From Dehalococcoidia bacterium (GTDB lineage Bacteria; Chloroflexota; Dehalococcoidia; UBA2979), in contig OZ244720.1 of NCBI GenBank assembly GCA_965219085.1, positions 1,088,001-1,152,000 on the forward strand: a DNA stretch of 64,000 bases, in the 5' to 3' direction. Position 1 is the stretch's first letter. Every line of letters starts with the position of its first letter. The notes under the pieces are model-generated. The model had not been told where the DNA came from and did no database searches. It worked only from the letters and a program-made list of their open reading frames with translations. The position numbers were made by a program, and so were the translations under genes. Of the stretch, positions 57,547 through 64,000 are shown piece by piece.

Positions 57547-57825
57547 CTAGCCCAGCGCGACGATGACGGTGGTGGCGAGTGCGATGACGGCCGTGAGGAA
57601 GGTGGCGGCGGCGCCGACGGCGAGGTAGATGCGGTTGAGCAGGCGCTGCTCCGCGAGCGCGAGGTCCGAGCGCAAGAGCGCAATCTCCCGGTCCAGGTCG
57701 TCCCTCGTCGCCAGGCTCGCGCCGAAGTCCTCGGCGAACGTGGTGACGAGCACCTCGGCCTGCTCGGCGGGAATACCCGCCGCCTGGAGTTGTTGTGAGG
57801 CGCGCAGCGTGTCGAGCATCGCCAT
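57547..57825 (-). CDS. DUF1640/CCDC90-like protein (array C2)
   Basis: MLDTLRASQQLQAAG...LATRDDL...NRIYLAVGAAATFL TM. Confidence 0.85.
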   Translation of the reverse strand: MAMLDTLRASQQLQAAGIPAEQAEVLVTTFAEDFGASLATRDDLDREIALLRSDLALAEQRLLNRIYLAVGAAATFLTAVIALATTVIVALG

Positions 57826-57830
57826 GGTGG

Positions 57831-58238
57831 CTAGTCCAGGGCGACGATGACGGTGGTGGCGAGGCCGATGACGGCCGTGAGGAAGGTGGCGGCGGCGCCG
57901 ACGGCGAGGTAGATGCGGTTCACGACGCGGTGCTCGGTCTGCGCGATCTCGCCGCGCAGGCGCTCCTCGGTCTGCGCGAGATCGCCGCGGACGGCAGCGA
58001 TCTCGCCGCGCAGGCGCTCCTCGGTCTGCGCGAGATCGCCGCGGACGGCAGCGATCTCGCCGCGCAGGCGCTCCTCGGTGCGCTCGAGGTCGGAGCGCAA
58101 GGCGGCAAGGTCGACCTTCGTTGCGACGCGCTCACCGACGTCTTCCGCGAAGGCGGTGACGATGGCGTCGGCCTTGGGGGCCTCGAAGCCGGCCTCCTGG
58201 AGTCGTTGCGACGCGCGCCGCGTGTCGAATAGCACCAT
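57831..58238 (-). CDS. DUF1640/CCDC90-like protein (array C1)
   Basis: FDTRRASQRLQEAGF...VATKVDL; 54-bp (18-aa) stalk repeat x2; same TM as C2. Confidence 0.88.
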   Translation of the reverse strand: MVLFDTRRASQRLQEAGFEAPKADAIVTAFAEDVGERVATKVDLAALRSDLERTEERLRGEIAAVRGDLAQTEERLRGEIAAVRGDLAQTEERLRGEIAQTEHRVVNRIYLAVGAAATFLTAVIGLATTVIVALD

Positions 58239-58524
58239 GGTGGCATGCTACGTCGCCACGCGCGGTTCTCGCTACCAACAAGACGGATTATTCGGATCCG
58301 GATATAGCGGGGCGCGGGCGAGGGATACGACCGGGCAACAACAAGGCCGGGCATACGCCCGGCCCCGATGCGCGTCGGTTCGCTGCTGGGACTGACGAGA
58401 CCCGTCGCGGGCAGTGTGCGGAGACGCGGCGGGGATGTCAAGTTGATTGCGATTGTTCGGTACAGCAGCACTCTCACCCACTCCGCCCGCACCCATCGCT
58501 CATCACGTCCGCCGTTACGTCGCG

Positions 58525-58549
58525 TTAACCCGATCGGCTGCGGCGCGTT
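58525..58549 (+). promoter_or_regulatory. ECF-type promoter candidate upstream of the sigma gene
   Basis: TTAACCCGA-N9-GCGCGTT, i.e. AAC-N16-CGT; matches the motif at 55700-55725. Confidence 0.5.
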
Positions 58550-58740
58550 TACCGGGGTGCGATGGGAGCGTGGCGGGTGAGCCGAATCAGGCGTGTCGAA
58601 CGGTCGCGCGGCAGCTATGAGCGCCGGGGCGCATCCCGGGGCGCATCCCGGGGCCCGGAGGGCCCGGGCGACCTCGGCAGCCCCGTACACGGGCAGTCCG
58701 TATACTGGTGCGCGGGCCCCGCGACGGCGGACCTCGTGCC

Positions 58741-58821
58741 CGCGAGGTATCCTCGCATAACCGGCCCCGCGAGGTATCCTCGCATACCCGGCCCCGCGAG
58801 GTGTCCTCGCATAACCGGCCC
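58741..58821 (+). repeat. Three tandem 27-bp units carrying the palindrome GCGAGG-TAT-CCTCGC
   Basis: CGCGAGGT(A/G)TCCTCGCATA(A/C)CCGGCCC three times, ending 2 nt before the sigma ATG. Confidence 0.92.
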
Positions 58822-58823
58822 AG

Positions 58824-59450
58824 ATGCCGTACGAGATGCCGAACCCTCCATCACACAGCCTCACACCGGACGAAGAGCGATCGCTGGTCGATCGCGCGCG
58901 CTCGGGCGACCAGGACGCCCTCGGCGCGCTCTACGACGCCTACGCGGACCGGCTGTATCGCTACTGCCTGACGCGCGTGGGCGACGAGACGGAGGCGGAG
59001 GACCTGGCCGAGGACGTCTTCCTGAAGGTGCTGGGCGCGATCGAGCGCTTCGAGTGGCGGCCCGGCGAGGACGGCCAGCGCATCCCGTTCGGGGCCTGGC
59101 TGTTCCGCATCGCCCGCAACGAGATCGCCTCGTACCGTCGTCGCGCGGCCTCGCGGCCGCAGCAGACGGAGCTGCCGGAGGTGCTGCACGACACGCGGCG
59201 CGGCCCGGCCGAGCTGGCGGAGACGAAGCTGACCATCGAGGAGGTGTTCCGGGCGGTGCGCGAGCTGCCCGACGCGCAGCGGGAGGTGATCCTGCTGCGC
59301 TTCGCCTCGGGCCTGACGGTGGCGGAGACCGCCGCCGCCCTGGGCAAGAAGGTACCGAACGTGAAGGTGTTGCAGCACAAGGGCGTCCAGCGCCTGCGCG
59401 CACTCTTCACCACCCCGCCGCCCCGCGGGGTATCCCCGCATCAAAGATGA
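58824..59450 (+). CDS. ECF sigma-70 factor
   Basis: LVDRARSGDQDALGALYDAY, AEDLAEDVFLK, FGAWLFRIARN, LPDAQREVILLRF...AETAAALGK. Confidence 0.93.
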   Translation: MPYEMPNPPSHSLTPDEERSLVDRARSGDQDALGALYDAYADRLYRYCLTRVGDETEAEDLAEDVFLKVLGAIERFEWRPGEDGQRIPFGAWLFRIARNEIASYRRRAASRPQQTELPEVLHDTRRGPAELAETKLTIEEVFRAVRELPDAQREVILLRFASGLTVAETAAALGKKVPNVKVLQHKGVQRLRALFTTPPPRGVSPHQR

Positions 59451-59480
59451 TCGCGGAGCGGGCGGGCGGACGGTGACGCC

Positions 59481-60686
59481 ATGACGAACATGCACGACGA
59501 ACCCTTCGACGACCTGCGCAGTGGCGATCTCAATGGCGACATGCCGGGCGAGATGCCCGGCGACGAGCTGCTGAGCGAGATCGACCTCGCCGACGCCGAG
59601 CGCTTCGCCGAGGTCATCGACCGCCTCGAAGCAGGCGGCGGGGTCGACCTCGACCCGCGCGAAGACCCGACGCTGGCCGCGCTGACCACGGTGGCCGCGC
59701 AGCTCCGCGACAACGCCCGCGACGCCACCTCGACGCCGCGCTTCGAGTCGTACCGCGCGCGGTCGCGCGACTACCTGCTGCACCGCATCGCGCGCGAGCG
59801 CGAGGTGCTGGCGGCCTCGGCGCGCCCGCAGCCTGAGCGCGAGGAGCCCTCGGGGCTGGGCGGCATCCCGTTCCTGCGCTGGAACGTGCTCTCGCCGATC
59901 GCCAGCGCGGCGGCGGCCGCGGTCGCGGTGCTCGCGTTCGTCGCGTTCACCGGCAGCGACACGCCGGCGCCGGTCGCGCCCGAGCAGGCCGCGGTCGTCG
60001 ACACCCCGGCCGTGGCGCCGGTCGCCGACGACGCGGACGAGCAGGACGCGGTCGAGCCGGTGACGCCTCAGCCCGACCCGGTGCGGGTCGCCACCCTCAT
60101 CCTCTCGAGCCGGCCGTCGAACGAAGAGATCCTCGACCGGTTCGCCGCGGCGACGAGCGTGCGCTACGCGGCCATCGCGGACGACGCCGTGGTCGCGGCA
60201 GTGGACGACACCGCCGCGGATGACGTCGTGGACGAAGCGCCGGCGGCCGAGGCCGCCCCGGCGCCCGCGACGCCGCCTGTCACGGTGGCCGTGGCGCCCC
60301 GGCCCGTGCCGGTGGCCGCGGCGACCAGCGAGGTGTTCAGCGTGTCAACGCAGCGCGCGACGCCTCGGACGCTCCCGGACCAGCTCGACTACATCGACAC
60401 GCTGCTGGGCGAGTTGACGGTGATGGTGGAAGGGCAGGAACGGGTGCCCGCGCAGCTGCTGCGCGAGATCACCGAGTCGATCGCCGCGGTGGCGTACCGC
60501 ATCGAGTCGCGCCCGGACGAGGTGACGCACGCGCAGGTGGTCGCCTACATCCACGCAGCGGCGGACGGCCGGTTCCTCCTCGCCGCGGCGGTGGCGGACG
60601 AGGCGGACGAGGCGGCGCTGAACGCCGCGCGCCGCGTGGCGCAGGACGGCGTGGTGGTGGCGGGCTGGTACTTCAAGTACCGCTAG
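59481..60686 (+). CDS. Putative transmembrane anti-sigma factor
   Basis: Directly follows the ECF gene; helical cytoplasmic N-terminus, single TM (AAAVAVLAFVAF), Ala/Pro linker and helical C-domain. Confidence 0.65.
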   Translation: MTNMHDEPFDDLRSGDLNGDMPGEMPGDELLSEIDLADAERFAEVIDRLEAGGGVDLDPREDPTLAALTTVAAQLRDNARDATSTPRFESYRARSRDYLLHRIAREREVLAASARPQPEREEPSGLGGIPFLRWNVLSPIASAAAAAVAVLAFVAFTGSDTPAPVAPEQAAVVDTPAVAPVADDADEQDAVEPVTPQPDPVRVATLILSSRPSNEEILDRFAAATSVRYAAIADDAVVAAVDDTAADDVVDEAPAAEAAPAPATPPVTVAVAPRPVPVAAATSEVFSVSTQRATPRTLPDQLDYIDTLLGELTVMVEGQERVPAQLLREITESIAAVAYRIESRPDEVTHAQVVAYIHAAADGRFLLAAAVADEADEAALNAARRVAQDGVVVAGWYFKYR

Positions 60687-60832
60687 CTGTAGTGCCTACA
60701 CACCTGCGAGACACCTGATCGTAAAGGGTGGGCAGTACAGCTAGTCCGGCCGCGAACGCGGTCACTAAGGCCTCCATCTCCTATTCAGCAAGACGGGGGA
60801 TAACTGGAAGGTCGTCGTCGACCACAGGGGCA

Positions 60833-61198
60833 TCACTCCTCAGGCTTCTCCTGGACGCACGCGGAACCAGACCGAACGAACGTCTGTGCCGCCTCGTCGC
60901 TGATCGGGCGCCCCGTAGCCATCGCAGCGCTCCACGCCAGGTAGTCGTCGAGTGATGCGTTCTGCTCCCACCAGTCGAAGATACACGTGCACTGCTCACG
61001 GTCGGCACCCTGGGCGATGCAGCCGTCGACCATCCCGGCCTTCATCACGGCTGGCCACGGCACTACCTGATCGGTGGCCTCGACAGCGCCGCGCTCCTCG
61101 TCGCCCGAATGGTGCAGGTGCCCATAGTGGAGCCCCATCGCAAGCCCGATGAGCCCGGCGTTTATGGCGAGCAGAAGCAGGTAGTGGCGCCAGTTCAC
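60833..61198 (-). CDS. Small exported Cys-containing hypothetical protein
   Basis: GTG at 61198 overlaps the upstream stop; N-terminal TM; GCIAQGADREQCTC...ACV. Confidence 0.65.
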   Translation of the reverse strand: MNWRHYLLLLAINAGLIGLAMGLHYGHLHHSGDEERGAVEATDQVVPWPAVMKAGMVDGCIAQGADREQCTCIFDWWEQNASLDDYLAWSAAMATGRPISDEAAQTFVRSGSACVQEKPEE

Positions 61199-61482
61199 GA
61201 GCGGAACCACTCTTTGATCGCCTCGCCCCACCGCCACCGGATGAGGATGGCCATGGTGGTCAGAACCGCGACGACGATGGCCACGCTGAACGGCCCCAGC
61301 AGATCGTGCGGTATCAGGTCGGGAGCGAGCGCGTCGCTCCCGAACATGACACCGGCGATGACGAGGCCGGTGACGGCGCCGCCCACGGCCTCCCACCACT
61401 TCACCGATCGCGGCCGATCCCTCGCGCTGGCGTAAAACAGCACGGTCAGGATCGCCAGCGACACGATCAGGCTGGTGGCCAT
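61195..61482 (-). CDS. Small 3-TM membrane protein
   Basis: 95 aa with three hydrophobic helices; starts 3 nt after the upstream stop. Confidence 0.7.
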   Translation of the reverse strand: MATSLIVSLAILTVLFYASARDRPRSVKWWEAVGGAVTGLVIAGVMFGSDALAPDLIPHDLLGPFSVAIVVAVLTTMAILIRWRWGEAIKEWFRS

Positions 61483-62138
61483 GGGCTAGTCCTCGAAGAA
61501 CTGCACGTGGCATACCACGATGGACGTGTACGCGCAGACGAGAAAGCACGCCAAGCCCCACAGTGCGGTGAAGAGGACGACCCACCGGCAGACGTTCCAG
61601 CACGTCAGGATTCGCACCGTCTGGCAGATCTCCAGCTCGCCTCGGGCGGCGGCTCCCGAACCGGCCGCATCAGGCGGCTGCGGTGTGCCAGACCACACGC
61701 CATCGGTGACCGATACGTCATGGCCTTTCCCCTTCATCCGAAGTGTCCCTGCGAACGGGCGCAGTGGTTGGCCGGACGCATCGTACGTCGTTGCGATGGT
61801 CGAGCGGACCGTCACCGTGATGTCGGCGCCCTCCACGAAATTGGTGAGCGCCGGGTCACTGAACGAGTTGTCACCGTCCAGCACGCCACTGGCGGTAACC
61901 GACCCCTGCTTCACGACGAGGGTGTAGCCCTCGTAGTCGCCAAGGCGTTCGTTCTGCTGCTCGAACAGCGTGATCACACCGTCCCGCAGGTTGATCACGA
62001 AGCGACTGACCTCGCTGTCGGCGAACTCCCATTCATCACCCACATCGAACCTGAGTTCGTTGACCTGACCCCTTGAAACGGGACCACCGTTGATGAGAGT
62101 CCTTTGGCCCATGAAAGTGGGCAGAGGAGGACATCACG

Positions 62139-62417
62139 GTGAAACGACGCAGGCACACGCCCGAGCAGATCGTGCGTAAGCTGCGGGAGGTGGAGCGGCT
62201 GCTCGGCGAAGGGCAGACGATCGCCGAGGCGGCGAAGCAGATCGAGATCTCGGAGCAGACCTACCACCGCTGGCGCAACCAGTACGGCGCGATGAAGGCC
62301 GACGACGCCAAACGGCTGCGCGAGCTGGAGCGCGAGAACGTCCGGCTGAAGCGGATCGTCGCCGACAAGGAACTCGAGATCGACGCGCTCAAGGAGATCG
62401 CCCGGGGAAACTGGTAA
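62139..62417 (+). CDS. IS3 transposase OrfA
   Basis: RHTPEQIVRKLRE...ISEQTYHRWRNQYG...RLRELERENVRLK; slippery GGGAAAC just before the stop. Confidence 0.93.
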   Translation: MKRRRHTPEQIVRKLREVERLLGEGQTIAEAAKQIEISEQTYHRWRNQYGAMKADDAKRLRELERENVRLKRIVADKELEIDALKEIARGNW

Positions 62418-63268
62418 GCCCGTCGCGCCGGCGCGAGGCAGTCTGCATGTTGCAGGACCGCCTCGAGTTGTCGGAACGGCGGGCATGCCGGGTCACCGGC
62501 CAGCGCCGCTCCACACAGCGCCGCCTCCCGGTGCGCGGCCGCGGCGACGACGCGCTGCGCGCGGAACTCCACGCCTTCTCGCGTGGCCACCCCCGCTGGG
62601 GCTACCGCCGGGCCTGGGCGACCTTACGCGAGGAGGGCTGGGGCGTGAATCGCAAGCGGGTGCAACGGCTCTGGCGCGAGGAGGGGCTGCGCGTCCCGGT
62701 GAAACGACGCAAGCGTCAGCGTCTGGGGGACTCGGCTCAGCCCGCCAGGCGGCTGCGTGCCGAGCGGCCGAACCACGTCTGGGCGCTGGACTTCCAGTTC
62801 GACCAGACCGCCGACGGGCGGGTCCTGAAGCTGCTCAACGTCGTCGACGAGCACACGCGGGAGGCGCTGGCTATCGTGGCCGCCAGGAGCATCAACGCCG
62901 ACGCCACGGCCTCAACGCTCGAGGGGATCGTCGCCCGGCGCGGGACGGCGCCTGGGTACATCCGCTGCGACAACGGTCCAGAGCTCACGGCCAACGCGCT
63001 GCGCGACTGGTGCCGGTTCTCCGGCACGGGCAGCAGCTACATCGAGCCCGGTGCGCCGTGGGAGAACCCGTACGTGGAGTCGTTCAACGGCCGGCTGCGC
63101 GACGAGTTCCTGGCCGTCGAGCAGTTCGACAGCCTGCTCGAGGCGCGGGTGCTCGAGGACTGGCGGATCGAGTACAACACGAAGCGCCCGCATAGCAGCC
63201 TGGGCTGGCTCGCCCCGGCTGCCTACGCCGAGCGCTGGGAGGCTCAGCAACACGCTGGACTCTCATAA
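62414..63268 (+). CDS. IS3 transposase OrfB (DDE), expressed by -1 frameshift
   Basis: WGYRR, NRKRVQRLWREEGL, WALDF, CDNGPE, PWENPYVESFNGRLRDE, RPHSSLG. Confidence 0.93.
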   Translation, partial: VSPSRRREAVCMLQDRLELSERRACRVTGQRRSTQRRLPVRGRGDDALRAELHAFSRGHPRWGYRRAWATLREEGWGVNRKRVQRLWREEGLRVPVKRRKRQRLGDSAQPARRLRAERPNHVWALDFQFDQTADGRVLKLLNVVDEHTREALAIVAARSINADATASTLEGIVARRGTAPGYIRCDNGPELTANALRDWCRFSGTGSSYIEPGAPWENPYVESFNGRLRDEFLAVEQFDSLLEARVLEDWRIEYNTKRPHSSLGWLAPAAYAERWEAQQHAGLS

Positions 63269-64000
63269 GCGGTGGTCTCGCGAAGGGGGTCCGGTCATCG
63301 TTATATGTGTCCTGGCCCTGCGGGCCGATGTGGACCGTTGTGTCGCGTCCTGCGGCGAGACTGTCCAGGTCTGCATCGGTGATGGTGGCCAGGTTGGCTG
63401 GGCCGAGAATGCCAGTCACGCTGTAGGTGTTGGTGCCATCAGTCTGCGTGATGCGGATCTCGTAGCCCGAGCGTGGGTGGTCGTGGCCAGTTCCGTGTCC
63501 TCGTCGACCTCGACGAGGTTGGCGCCCGGAACGATGCGTATAAGTTCGACCGGCAGACTCTCCCCGTCGCGCGTGATGTGCCATGGGGAGTTGGGGCGCG
63601 CTTCGATGGTGGTGTGCACCACGCCGTGGACGTTGCCCAGCCCAGACCTCACGGAGCCGGATGGGACGACAACGTTGTGTGTGGTCTGCTCGACACCACT
63701 CCCATCGATCGTGCGCGACTGATTGATTGGTTCCCGGACCTCGGTCGCATCGACATGGGTTGCCACCAGGACCTTCTTGCTGGTGGCGTCCACCATCGCC
63801 TGCATGTAGTACCCGTCGGCGCGGTTGCCCTGGCTGTCCACGTAGGACAGCACGAGGCCGACGAAGCGCTTACCGTCCCGCTCACCGCCGAGGAACACGC
63901 CTACGGTGTCCCCGATGAAGCCACTTTCGTGCGCTTCCAGGTTGCTACTGCGCTGATGCCGAACACCGTCCGCAACCGCAGCCCTGTGTGCCTCTGCGTA

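Larger units (their letters stand above)
62061..63297 (+). mobile_element. IS3-family insertion sequence (IS407-group-like), 1237 bp
   Basis: TG...CA ends; about 40-bp imperfect IRs (TGACC.GACCCC...GACCACCG...ATGAGAGT); 4-bp TSD TCGT at 62057-62060 and 63298-63301. Confidence 0.95.
61486..64000 (-). pseudogene. Large gene with a Cys-rich hydrophobic C-terminus, interrupted by IS3 and frameshifted; 5' end outside the window
   Basis: Removing the IS and one TSD joins ...GQDTYN to ELRFDVGDEW in frame; a second frame change lies near 63470-63500; the frame is open to the window edge. Confidence 0.75.

Noticed and set aside
61486-62112. 208-aa ORF as an independent gene
   Set aside because: Its first 17 codons lie inside the IS left end; it is the 3' part of the interrupted gene.

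Overview
High-GC (about 70%) bacterial window. The gene content suggests Chloroflexota/Dehalococcoidia-like, possibly a host-associated (e.g. sponge) symbiont; this is inferred, not proven. A housekeeping backbone (thiL, gyrA, rnhA, rsfS, mnmA, a UppS-family prenyltransferase, tRNA-Pro and two tRNA-Ser) is interleaved with accessory DNA: three type II toxin-antitoxin pairs, a frameshifted PaREP1/HEPN gene, secreted LRR, RCC1-like and cadherin repeat proteins, two LuxR-HTH + transmembrane + ectodomain fusions, tandem duplications (MaoC pairs; LuxR + CoA-transferase) and a complete IS3-family element. The strongest candidate for an undescribed system is the cell-surface locus at about 48.5-60.7 kb. 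It holds a class F sortase, two tandem arrays of DUF1640/CCDC90-like membrane-anchored coiled-coil genes with variable stalk length, an S-layer-like operon whose proteins share an unnamed C-terminal domain with a distant cadherin adhesin, and an ECF sigma/anti-sigma pair. The locus is tied together by nine copies of a covarying palindrome GCG(G/A)GG-TAT-CC(C/T)CGC and a shared ECF-type promoter motif. All product calls come from motif recognition by eye; no database searches were run.
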